64,000 nt of DNA from Desulfurococcaceae archaeon (GTDB lineage: Archaea > Thermoproteota > Thermoprotei_A > Sulfolobales > Desulfurococcaceae), in the NCBI GenBank assembly GCA_038888155.1, contig JAWAJB010000001.1, positions 256,001 to 320,000 of the forward strand. The letters run 5' to 3'. Shown piece by piece: positions 46,173 to 55,981 of the stretch. Made by a program: the position numbers and the translations under genes. The notes beneath the pieces are model-generated. The model did not search any database and had not been told where the DNA came from. It was given only the letters and a program-made list of their open reading frames with translations. Each line of letters opens with the position of its first letter. Position 1 is the first letter of the stretch.

Positions 46173-46790
46173 CTACTTGGCTTTTAATCTCTTAACTAGG
46201 CTCTCCAGCTTCTCTAGGCCGCTCTCCAGCAGCGGGTCCCCGTGGCCTGGCATTACGTGCTTGAACTTGTAGCTCAGCAACTTCGCAATAGACTCCCTGT
46301 TTTTAGCGGGATCTTGAGTGTACTGTTGATCTACCTCGTGTAGCTCTTTGTTCTCTTCGTATACTAAGTCCCCTACAAATAGGGCCTCCCTCTCTAAGTC
46401 TAAGTAGCAAGCGCTTCCAGGGGTATGCCCTGGTGAGTGAATAACTTGAAAACCGGCTATAACGTCTCCGTGGCTGAGCAGTATATCAGCGGAAACTCCC
46501 TCCTTGCTCAGCAGCTCTTCTTCGTCTTTGTGTGCGGCTACTTTAGCCCCAGTGTACTCCTTTAGCCTCGGCAACCCATTTATGTGATCCCAGTGATAGT
46601 GAGTTACCAGTATGTACTTCACCTGGTTAGGCTTCAAGCCCAGGCTCTCAATGCTAGATATCACTAGCGGCGGGTCCTGCTGAGAGCCAGCGTCAATTAA
46701 GACGTAGCCACCTTGTTTTGCAACGAGGTAGATGTTCGATATCTCCCCCCTAATGAGGAAGACTCCCTTTAAGACTTCCACTAGTGTCAC
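46173..46790 (-). CDS. metallo-beta-lactamase fold hydrolase
   Basis: THYHWDH, PGHTPG, VGD, PGHG. Confidence 0.9.
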   Translation of the reverse strand: MTLVEVLKGVFLIRGEISNIYLVAKQGGYVLIDAGSQQDPPLVISSIESLGLKPNQVKYILVTHYHWDHINGLPRLKEYTGAKVAAHKDEEELLSKEGVSADILLSHGDVIAGFQVIHSPGHTPGSACYLDLEREALFVGDLVYEENKELHEVDQQYTQDPAKNRESIAKLLSYKFKHVMPGHGDPLLESGLEKLESLVKRLKAK

Positions 46791-46937
46791 CCAAGAGTAT
46801 GTATGTAGAGAGGGAAAATATCCTTGCTGGGAGTTAGCGCTCAGTTGACTTGCGCAGTCCGGGCGCTCGAGGCTAGATGCCTCTAATTTGAGCAGATTTA
46901 AATAGACTTGTCGCCCTATATTTTAAGCGGTGTCGGG

Positions 46938-47291
46938 ATGTATATTCCTTCATCAGCTCTATACGTTAAGGGGAGCTTGAGCAACACCGAGAGGGGATTT
47001 AAGTTCACCCTCAAGAACACGCTAGTTGACGCAACTATATTGGGCCCAATTAGCCTCGTAGTAGACGGGAAGTCCGTAGAGCAGGGCAAAATAAAGGTGA
47101 TCTCCCAGGGAAAGGAAATGGCTAACTCTGAGATATCAGCGGCAAACCCCACGGTGTTCTACATCAACATGCCCGTCGAGGTAATCGTTGAGGGCGCTAA
47201 GCTCGAGCCTGGAGAGCACGTAATTGTAGTTGAGACCCCTACAGTGTACGGCGTCGTGAAGTTTGAGATCAAAGATCAAGTTACAACATAA
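46938..47291 (+). CDS. conserved-looking beta-sandwich hypothetical protein
   Basis: LYVKGSL.N...GF.F.LKN pattern; ATG with GGTG upstream. Confidence 0.7.
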   Translation: MYIPSSALYVKGSLSNTERGFKFTLKNTLVDATILGPISLVVDGKSVEQGKIKVISQGKEMANSEISAANPTVFYINMPVEVIVEGAKLEPGEHVIVVETPTVYGVVKFEIKDQVTT

Positions 47292-47521
47292 GCGCAACTG
47301 TCCATTAGTATAAAATAGAAAGCCCCGAAGGCCTGAGGATCCTTTATATATTTTTTGCTTCCCATTTACCTCGGGCAAAGCGCGCCCACGAGCCCATTTT
47401 ATGCCCTCACGCTTGCATATGTCTTCTGCACAGAGTTTAATTGCCTTTAACATCTCAAAGGGCAACTTAAATATAAGCTGTAGGCCCTATAACCTATCCT
47501 GTTTGTGCAGGTGCAAGCTTT

Positions 47522-48862
47522 ATGGAGAGCAGGATTAAAGAGAGAGCTCTAAGCCTCCTCGAAGACCTAGTGTCCTTCAACACAGTGAATGACCCCGCTA
47601 GGGGCATTAAGCCAAGCGACGAGCTCCCCAAGTATATTGTCTCGTGGCTCGAGCAGAACGGCATAACTTCTGAGATCGTGGAGTCCAATGGCTACTACAG
47701 CGTGTTAGGCTTCTTGGGCCCAAAGCCGCCGTGCTTAGGCTACTTTGCTCACTTTGACACCGTCCCCGTAGTTAGAGAGAGGTGGAGATATGACCCATTC
47801 AAGTTAACAGTTGAGGGCAACAGGGCTTACGGCCGCGGATCATTCGATGACAAAGCCAATGTAGTCGCTATAATGGTTGCGCTCAGCGAGCTAGCCAAAG
47901 AGCCACTAGAGTGCGGAATAGTTTTCTCATTTAACGGCGACGAGGAAATAGGCGGCAGCAACGGCGCTTACATTATAGCTCAAGCCCTCAAATCCCAGGG
48001 GCTTTTGCCGAAATACCTAGTAAACGGCGATGGACTAGACTTAGCTCCAATTGTTAGGAGGAGGAAGATATTCACAGTAGAGCTGACCCTTCCCTCCAAG
48101 AAGAGAGGGATGAGGGGGACAGTTAAGAGGGCGAAGTTCGCAGCTAACTACCCTATCTCTCAGCACGCTCACGCAGCGTACTTCGTTGGCGGAGTTGACT
48201 CGCACCCGCTGATAGCTGCCTCTGTTTTAGCTAGGGAGAGCAAGGCCTACGCCTTAAGGCTCACTGGGAAATTCGTGAAGTCTAATGCAATTCCACCAGA
48301 AGTTGAACTAGAGTACTTAATCCCAGACCCCAACGGCAATGAAGTTGAAGTAGACGAGGGGCTAACTCAGCTGCTCAAGGCAGTTTTGCCGCTGTCTAGG
48401 GCGCCTGTTAAGACGAGCATTATCAGCGACTACGGCGTTTCAATTACTCCAAACTTCTACCAGCTCGAGGAAAGCAAGCACAAACTAGTGATTGACGTAA
48501 GGGCTATGGCTACACTGAGCGACGTAGAGGATGCCTTTAAGGCAGTAGTTGAGAGCGTTATACCCGAGGCAAAAGTCAAGGTAGAGACTGACCCTGGAGG
48601 CTGCTTAAATACTTCCCCGAGGTCAACCCTCGTGAGGGCAACGCTCAGCGCCATACAAGAGCTGGGCGATCAGGCCTCGCCGTTTGAAGCCGCTGGAGCT
48701 AGCGACTCTAGGTACTTCGTGCCGCTGGGCGTAGAGGCTATAGACTTAGGCCCGCGAGGCGGAGGGGTCCACGGCGACGATGAATACGTGGAAGTAGACT
48801 CGCTTGTAAAGCTAACCCAAATATACTACAAACTGCCTAAATACCTATGCAAGCACTGCTGA
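47522..48862 (+). CDS. M20/M25/M40 family metallopeptidase (ArgE/DapE-like)
   Basis: AHFDTVP, GRGSFDDKA, DEEIG, GASD, VHGDDEYV. Confidence 0.9.
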   Translation: MESRIKERALSLLEDLVSFNTVNDPARGIKPSDELPKYIVSWLEQNGITSEIVESNGYYSVLGFLGPKPPCLGYFAHFDTVPVVRERWRYDPFKLTVEGNRAYGRGSFDDKANVVAIMVALSELAKEPLECGIVFSFNGDEEIGGSNGAYIIAQALKSQGLLPKYLVNGDGLDLAPIVRRRKIFTVELTLPSKKRGMRGTVKRAKFAANYPISQHAHAAYFVGGVDSHPLIAASVLARESKAYALRLTGKFVKSNAIPPEVELEYLIPDPNGNEVEVDEGLTQLLKAVLPLSRAPVKTSIISDYGVSITPNFYQLEESKHKLVIDVRAMATLSDVEDAFKAVVESVIPEAKVKVETDPGGCLNTSPRSTLVRATLSAIQELGDQASPFEAAGASDSRYFVPLGVEAIDLGPRGGGVHGDDEYVEVDSLVKLTQIYYKLPKYLCKHC

Positions 48863-49006
48863 CATTTGGCAGTGAAGCGCTCTAGAGCAAAATTTTTTAA
48901 CGCTCCTCGGTGTGGGCAGCATCACGCTTAAGTTTTAGGCTGAAGTGCTAGGAGCCCAAGTAGAGCTAAGTGAAACGTTAAAAAAAGTCAGCTTACTGAG
49001 CGCCCT

Positions 49007-49840
49007 CTATTGCTGGGTCAGGATATAAGTTGCTATCTCCTCGGCTGTAGCAACCCATACGTCTTGCCTGTTTCTCGTAATGTATGTTAGGAACTCATCG
49101 AGGGCTTTTGCCCTTGACGGCTGGCCTATTTGCTGGGGGTGGCCTATGAACATTAGGTACAAGCTCTCGCTGCATATAACATCAAGCTCGTCGATCCAGA
49201 CCTGCAGCGCTGTTCTCGGGCTCTCGGGGCCCGTCCGCCTATACTCTAGCGGTGGGAAGTAGTTAAACCCGAAGTACACCCAGTCGTCCATAACCCACCT
49301 GAAAGGGAGCTCAACTATTCTTCCAGCGGGGGTTTTAATGATATACGGCAGGTCGTCGTCCATCATGCTGCTATCGTAGACCATTTTGTTCTTAGCTATT
49401 AGCTCGTGAGTCTTCTCCCCGAGGCCTTCTCCTGGAGACCTGTACCCCGCAGGCCTAACCCCGAACGCTCTCTCGAGGGCCTCTATCCCTCTTTTGAACT
49501 CTTCTTCCTCCATCTCGGGCGTAAGCCTTGACGGGACAATGTGATTGTGGCCGTGGTGAGCGATCTCGTGTCCGTCCCTCAATATGCCCATGAGAGTGTC
49601 CCTGTATTTTTCAGCTACTACTCCCGGTATGAAGAAGGTGGCCTTGATGCCGTGCTTTCTCAGTATGCTCAGCACTCGCCCTATCCCCCTTTTAATTTCG
49701 TAAATCCCCTGCGAAAGTACTACTGGCTCATCCCTCTCTATGTTGTTCCTCCTGAGGATCTGCCTCCAAGAAATATCTGCGTCGACGTCAAAGCTTATGC
49801 AGACAGCGCACTTCTTACTGCCGGGCCACTTAAGGCTCAT
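49007..49840 (-). CDS. polysaccharide deacetylase family protein (PgdA/PuuE-like)
   Basis: SFDVD, ATFFIPG, HEIAHHGHNH, GYRSP, YDSS, HPQ. Confidence 0.88.
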   Translation of the reverse strand: MSLKWPGSKKCAVCISFDVDADISWRQILRRNNIERDEPVVLSQGIYEIKRGIGRVLSILRKHGIKATFFIPGVVAEKYRDTLMGILRDGHEIAHHGHNHIVPSRLTPEMEEEEFKRGIEALERAFGVRPAGYRSPGEGLGEKTHELIAKNKMVYDSSMMDDDLPYIIKTPAGRIVELPFRWVMDDWVYFGFNYFPPLEYRRTGPESPRTALQVWIDELDVICSESLYLMFIGHPQQIGQPSRAKALDEFLTYITRNRQDVWVATAEEIATYILTQQ

Positions 49841-49920
49841 TTATTTCCCCTGCTTTCATATGGGGCAAGTGAGATATAAAGCCTGCAGCAGTGGTGGGTA
49901 AAATGGAGTAGCAAATCCTA

Positions 49921-49984
49921 GGGCTGCTAAGCTGGAGGGCTTGCAACCGAGAGGCCCCGCGTTCAAATCCCGGCCGGTCCACCA
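49921..49984 (+). pseudogene. degenerate tRNA-Ala(TGC) / tRNA 3' fragment
   Basis: GG-CTTGCAA-CCGAG AGGCC CCGCG TTCAAAT CCCGG CCGGTCC ACCA; 5' part shortened and mismatched; T-stem mismatch. Confidence 0.7.
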
Positions 49985-50299
49985 CACTCTTACTCAGTTC
50001 CTTTAGTTCCTGCCTGAGGTTATCCACAACGTATTGGGCTATGCGTCAGAGTGTGCGTGGGGTCCATGCATGGATAACTGTTATCCCTGACTGTACTGCT
50101 TGGTGCGTCTCTGGGAGTCAGCCCTTAGTGGGATTTATCATAGCAGTACTGTTAATTATCATCGGATCGTACTTCTATCGTGCTAGAGAAAGAGAAGTTT
50201 TATTAACTCATTAAGATATGGTCTCTCTGATTAGAAGTTTTGTTGTGTTATCTAAAAATAAATTAAAGACGAGATTATTTTGATTATGTTGTTGTTTGT

Positions 50300-50817
50300 A
50301 TGGGTGAGCCTCAGCCAAAGAAGGTTGTGGGCAAGTCTGTTGCGATTGCTTTAGGACTTATATGTGCTGTCTTGTCTACTGGTCTGGTTGGTGCGGTGAC
50401 ATATTACACGTCAATAATCAATCAGAAGGACTCAGAGATAGCTGAACTGCAGGGACAGATCTCCGCACTGCAGTCGCAGGTAAACGAGCTTAGAGCCATA
50501 GTAAACCTCGAGAAAGTCGCAGCAATAGCTGACCACAGGATAATTAATCAGCCGCCAAGCTCGGCCACCACCTGGCCCTCCCGGCGAATTACGCTGGGTA
50601 CGAAGTCATTCAGATACACTCCTCCACAACGGATAAGACTTACGTCGAGGTGATCGTGAACAGCAATGTTGGAGCATCCTATAAGTTGACGTGGAGTGTG
50701 GGCTCAAGCGGCACCGTGACCGCACCAGTATTGCCGGGCTCAGTTCTCATTCAGTTAGGGAACAATAATATACTTAGCGGAGCAACCATGGAGGTATCAA
50801 TAAAGTACTGCTATTAA
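50300..50817 (+). pseudogene. frameshifted membrane-anchored coiled-coil plus beta-domain protein
   Basis: ORF 50300..50653 continues in another frame as ..YAGY..STTDKTYVEV..PVLPG..KYCY* ending at 50817. Confidence 0.6.
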
Positions 50818-51035
50818 TTCCTTAACGTATTTTTAAGCGTGGAATTCCACAAGGTCTTTTGCTAATCAAGACCTTAAAATAATCCTCTCGAGGAGCACGA
50901 GCATCTGGGCTTTAGTGCAAGTCACGGATTAACCACCGAGTATGGGTTAGGCGGGGGGGTATACATAAGCCTTTATGTAACTCCGTTCCATAGACTGAGG
51001 TCCCACCGAAAGTATCGGGGATCAACTCTGTGTGG

Positions 51036-52163
51036 TTAAGGCCTTGATTTCTTTGTTTCTAGTTGGGATCTGGACCTCATAGTCAATAGGTCCATGTAGA
51101 ACTTAGCCATGCCTGGGTGGAGGGCTAGGAGGTAGATGTGCGTTATGGGTTCTTCGGTTTTGCAGATGAACTGTCCGCCTTTAGCACGTCTAGTTACTAT
51201 CACATTTGTTGCTTCCAGTTTTGCTGTTAGAGTGATTAAGTAGCCTAGTAATTCTCTTTTATTACCCTCATTTTTATAGACTTTAGCCATTTTAACGTGT
51301 TGTAGGATCCCTTTCTCTAGATCTTCTATAGTTGTGACTTCTTTTTCTTCAGGTATTAGATTTGCTGGTTGGGTTGTTTCCTCGCCTACTCGCTCTATGC
51401 TGTACCTACTGCTTCCCAGTGCCTTCAGTCTTTTTTCTGCGAGCGACCGAGGTAAAAAAACTACAGGGATGGGTCTTAGCAACTCCGTTCCAGGGATTGG
51501 CGTGAGCGGTGCAATCATCATCAGTATTCTTGAAGACTTGCCTCTCTTACCACCTCTAAAGCAGTTGTTCACCGTGTAATCCTCAATGAGTCCCTCAACC
51601 CATTCGCTGAATACGTCTCTATGGGCTTTTTCATTCTCAACGTACTTGGTGTACGCTAAGTATGCTGAAACTACTAGCGAGCTGATTATGAATGTTGATG
51701 TGTAGATAGCGTAGGTGTCAAATAACGGCGTTAAAACGAGAGGACCTCCGTAGTATATTGCGTAGTGATCAACGATCGATATCACCAGAACTAGCAGGGC
51801 ATAATACGAGAACCAGAACACAATAGTGAATATCACGAACTTGCCCGATATTCTATCATTAATGTCGTCTAAGAAGCACGTCTCGCCAAGACGCTCAAGC
51901 AACTCAGGCACCTCACCAATGTTGAAACCTTCCTCAGCTGCCTCCCTTAATGCGTTAAGGATCCTCTGCCTAAGATAGGGTAGTAAGCTAACATAAGAAG
52001 CTAGAAACACTATCACGAAGAGCGGGTGCCAGTAAGTAATCCATGAGACCCCGAATAGAAGCCTGATCAGCCAGTAGAAGAGGACAGATAGACACACATG
52101 CACTACTAACCGGGGCTTTCTAGCGACGCCCCCTATCAGCTCATACATTAACGAGTCAATCAT
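51036..52163 (-). CDS. hypothetical membrane protein
   Basis: 375-aa ORF with about four TM segments. Confidence 0.65.
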   Translation of the reverse strand: MIDSLMYELIGGVARKPRLVVHVCLSVLFYWLIRLLFGVSWITYWHPLFVIVFLASYVSLLPYLRQRILNALREAAEEGFNIGEVPELLERLGETCFLDDINDRISGKFVIFTIVFWFSYYALLVLVISIVDHYAIYYGGPLVLTPLFDTYAIYTSTFIISSLVVSAYLAYTKYVENEKAHRDVFSEWVEGLIEDYTVNNCFRGGKRGKSSRILMMIAPLTPIPGTELLRPIPVVFLPRSLAEKRLKALGSSRYSIERVGEETTQPANLIPEEKEVTTIEDLEKGILQHVKMAKVYKNEGNKRELLGYLITLTAKLEATNVIVTRRAKGGQFICKTEEPITHIYLLALHPGMAKFYMDLLTMRSRSQLETKKSRP

Positions 52164-52309
52164 GAGCCCAAAGTAAAATACTCTACAGCAACTATATAAA
52201 GAGAGAATCTAATAAGTTGCCTAAAACTCTATAGCCTCCTAAGACTACCCTCATGTTTAAGTAGTCCCTTATAGCCTGTCGATTCCGCCATGGCTTTTCC
52301 TTCTCTGCG

Positions 52310-53036
52310 TTAATAATTGAGGTGTGAGTAGTGTTCTAGCGTTGTTTTTACTGCGTTTACTATGATCTTCTTGTGTTCTTCCGTGACGGGACTGGCTTTG
52401 AGGTGTTGCTCCAGTCACAGCCCGCTCTCTCTTATTTTCTGTTTGGGGGAGTGTCTTCCGAGCCACTGGTCTGATGGCCTGCAGAGCCCGCAACCCGCTA
52501 CCGTCCCTATGAGGACTCTCTAACTCCTTAATCCTCCCTACATCTGAGGGGTTCTCTAATGCGATGAACCTGAATGTGAAGTTTTCCCTAAGTATTCTCG
52601 TGATTTCTGCTTCTATAGCCTTCTCCTTCTCTATGTCCCTGAGGTGGCTGAAGAGCTCCTTGTTCTTCCTAGGCGTGAAGTCCTTCTCCCATACCTGCAG
52701 GTATGGATCGCTATCTCTGTTGAGGAGGGCTCTCCCAATGTTCTTCCTGAAGACGCTCCTGTCGGAGGGCTTCGGCTTATCTTTATCGAAGTTCATCCGT
52801 GACTCGTCAAGGAGGAAGTGCTCTCCCATCCGGCTCCTGAAGTTGCCCTCCCCGCTGTGCGTGCCGATCCTGACGATCCTCGGCTTAACCCCTCCGTGCC
52901 TCCAGATCTCCCCCTTCTCGTAGAAGAAGTATATCCCGCTTTTAGGGAGCCGCTCAAGCTCGAAGGGATACCTAATCATGGGGAGCTGTTCCAGCTGCTC
53001 ATGTAGCCACTTACAGAGCTCAGACACCAGACTCAC
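52310..53036 (-). pseudogene. GIY-YIG-like nuclease, frameshifted near 52505
   Basis: GIYFFYE..RIVRIGTH..RSVFRKNIG; C-terminus IGTV..PSDQWLG..SGLW in another frame. Confidence 0.65.
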
Positions 53037-53436
53037 CTAATTTCCTCGAGATGCTTAAATAGCCTCACCCTACCTCTCAGCTTAGTCTCTCTCAGTAATC
53101 TCCTGTACAGTGGGTGGAAGCGTCTGGGATTGTGATAGAACCATATCTCATCGTAGCCTGTAAGCTTTCTATCGAAGTCTTCTAGGAGTTTATTAAACTC
53201 TTCTTCAGTAACCGTGCCCGGATCCTTCTCGTACCACCCATGCTCGACATCTGGAAACTAAACACCGTAGAGGTCGTAAAATATTGCCCACTCAACCACC
53301 ACCTCCTTACACCTCCTTATAAACCTCTTAATGTAGGTGGCTTATACAACTTATCCGGAGTCACATTCCTCCCAGTACCTCTCAATGAATCATCCTTCTT
53401 AGCAGAGCAGTGAGTTAAGTAGACCCGTTGCCTCAC
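53033..53436 (-). pseudogene. DUF6884/YaaA-like gene remnant (frameshift plus TAG)
   Basis: LTHCSAKKD..PDKLY / WAIFYDLYGV*FP..WYEKDP; GTGA-coupled to the nuclease. Confidence 0.5.
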
Positions 53437-53467
53437 ACACCACCTTAGACCAGCTTTTCGGGCACAA

Positions 53468-53654
53468 TCATTCCTTCTTTTTGGCTACTATCCTCATTGT
53501 GAAGTTTTTGTATTTGCCTGTAGGGTCTACTTGGTACCTGAACTTACCACTGCATCTCGGGCACTGATGGAGGTTGACGTTCCAGAAGCGAACCTCCACG
53601 ACTTAAGGGTCTTGAACTCATCCTCATATAACTACAGAAAGGACACTTAACCAT
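53468..53654 (-). pseudogene. frameshifted paralog of the 35768..35965 Zn-ribbon protein
   Basis: MVKCPFC..FKTLKSWRF..FWNVNLHQCPRCSGKFRYQVDP across frameshifts. Confidence 0.6.
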
Positions 53655-53871
53655 TATAATCACCTTGATGTATTACGGCCCCGGCCTAGTTAAACCTCTA
53701 TTTCCTTGTGGTTGTTGTATTTTTCCGTAGTGTTGTATGTCTGGTGTTGTTTGGTTGTAGCACTATCCAGTTGATACTCTTCAGGTTTACTTTGCGGCTT
53801 GCCTAGAGCTTCAGCAGGAGCTCATCAGCCACGGGTTCTACGTTCCTAAGAGTCCTGATGAGAGGTTCCTC

Positions 53872-54581
53872 ATGCCGGTGCCGCTGATCTACTCCAACTT
53901 TCGTGGGAGGTTGAAGCCTGTCGAGCCTGTGACTGTTGAGAGGCTCATGCCTCCTGATTGGCTTGGGCTCACGCCGCAGCAACTCGGCTGGGTCGAGACT
54001 CTCAGGGGTGGGAAGGAGGTGTACGTTAATGTGGGGGTGGAGGACGACAAGGTTGTTATGGACTTAGATGTTAGGGGGTACCACCTTGAGAGGACGTCGA
54101 TCAGGGGCGTTAATCCCAATAAGTGGACTAACTGGGCTATGCTTTATGTCAGCGTTGAGTACCTCAATGAGCTTATCGCTTCTCTCAGGGGTTTCCTGCC
54201 TAGCCGTTACGGCTTGCTAGTTCCGGGAGGGTTCCTTAGCGGAGGAGGGAGGTCCAGCAGGGAGGTAAGGAAGTCACGTACTACGTTGAGGTTTCTGTGA
54301 GGGACTTCAGTCCCTGTCTAGGGTGTTTTGATTTGGCTAGACGCTACCACAATGTCAAGGCTGGAGAGCACTGCGTGATCGACTCTAACTCGTCCCTCCG
54401 CTAAGGAACCCCCAACTCTGTTGTCAGTGTCATGAAGCTGAGGCTGAAGCGTAGTCCCGCCGTCAAGTCATTCGCTAAGGTGGACGTGGCTAGGATATCA
54501 GGTAAGAGGCCGCAGGCGATGGTGAAGCTTGCTTCCGAGGAGCCCAGAATCACGATTCGTGGAGTGCTGAAGGACTCATAG
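53872..54581 (+). pseudogene. hypothetical gene remnant (frameshift and internal stop)
   Basis: ORF 53872..54300 continues in another frame (REVQQGGKE..SLR*GTPNS..GVLKDS). Confidence 0.5.
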
Positions 54582-54907
54582 CTAGACTTATTCAGCTCTA
54601 TGCGTTTGAACACCTTACTCACGTCCTCCTTACCGCAGAGCCTCAGCTCGGCCAGCCTCGGAACGTAGTACATTTACTGCTTGAGTGTGAACTCCCTCAA
54701 GCCCGGATTATCCTTAACCAGCCACGCCCTGAACTCTCCAACAAGCTCCAGAGTTATCTCAACGCACTCATGGATAACTTTACGCCTGGAATCACTGCTC
54801 AGTCCTGGGCGGTAGTGGGCTATCTCCTCTCTATTTTCCAACTGTTGTTCTGCGTGGAGATAAATTTAATAAAGGCCTTGACTTTTTCAGCGATTGGGTG
54901 TGTAAGT

Positions 54908-55282
54908 ATGAAGTGGAGTGCAGTATACGCGCTTATTTACTCTATTTTCGCTCTCTCGTACGTCCTTCCCTGGGCAACGCTAAACGGGGAAGCCCTCTAC
55001 GGCTTCTCCATCCAGCCCTTCTCCCTTCCCTACTTGATAGGCGCCGCAGTGGGGCTGCTAACCTTTGTCTCTAAGCGCAGGTTAACGCTACTAGTATTAA
55101 TTGCGGGCTTACTGGGGGTAATTGGAGTTCTCCTAGTGGCTTTCTGGTGGTACGGGCTAGCCCTCCACTACTTCGCTGGTAGCGGAGTTAAGGTATTGCT
55201 CGAGCCAGGCGCTTGGTTAGCCCTTGTATCATCAGCGCTCTACGCAGCGCTCGGCGCACTTATCCGCAGGAGGTACGCTTAG
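54908..55282 (+). CDS. small membrane protein
   Basis: Four TM segments, LPW and GAWL motifs. Confidence 0.65.
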   Translation: MKWSAVYALIYSIFALSYVLPWATLNGEALYGFSIQPFSLPYLIGAAVGLLTFVSKRRLTLLVLIAGLLGVIGVLLVAFWWYGLALHYFAGSGVKVLLEPGAWLALVSSALYAALGALIRRRYA

Positions 55283-55343
55283 TTAAACAGCGCGATGAAG
55301 TTAAGGAGGGTAGTTTAAGGGTTAGAGCAGAGCAAAAAAGTTG

Positions 55344-55679
55344 TTAGCCCCATTTGTTCTTCTTCATGTGGACTTCAAGCTCAGCTTTTATCTTCTGAGT
55401 TGTTATGAGCGCGAAGTCTTTTGCCTCAACGAAAATTTTGTAGCAGCCTGGGTCTAGGTTGTCCTGTATGCCTTTGTCCGCTATTTCGAGCAACTCCTCT
55501 AGGAGGACAAGCGCTTTCATGTGTAGGAAGTTGCTTAGCCTAGACCTCAATATCAGCTTCTCTTCCTCTTCAGTTAGCTGCCTGAATTTCTCCCTCGGGG
55601 CTCCACACCTAGGGCATTTCTCAGGTGCCTCTGGGCCCTCGTACACTAGGCCGCACACGCTACACTTCCACATTGTCAT
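55344..55679 (-). CDS. rubredoxin-like domain protein
   Basis: WKCSVCG..PEKCPRCGAP plus helical C-terminus (NLDPGC). Confidence 0.85.
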   Translation of the reverse strand: MTMWKCSVCGLVYEGPEAPEKCPRCGAPREKFRQLTEEEEKLILRSRLSNFLHMKALVLLEELLEIADKGIQDNLDPGCYKIFVEAKDFALITTQKIKAELEVHMKKNKWG

Positions 55680-55981
55680 GCAAACTCATCTCTTCTAGAA
55701 ATAGAAATAGAGGAAAGAGTTATTAAACCTGTTTATTCAAAGAGCTAACTTTTTCACGCGGAGTTTTAACTGCTCTAAAGTTCGCCAGTGAAATAAGCGA
55801 ATTTGAGCCCCCTAAAGCTTAATAACTTAATGGGGTTTTGAAGAGGAGCTCGCGCCTATGGAAATAAGCTGTTGCCTTGCGTTATCACGAGCGCAGAGGT
55901 GGGTTAAGTCAACGTTTTCGGGGATAGGGAGAGAGGCGCTTTTGCGCTCAAGCTGCAAGCCTACACTGGAGGGGGAAGGAA

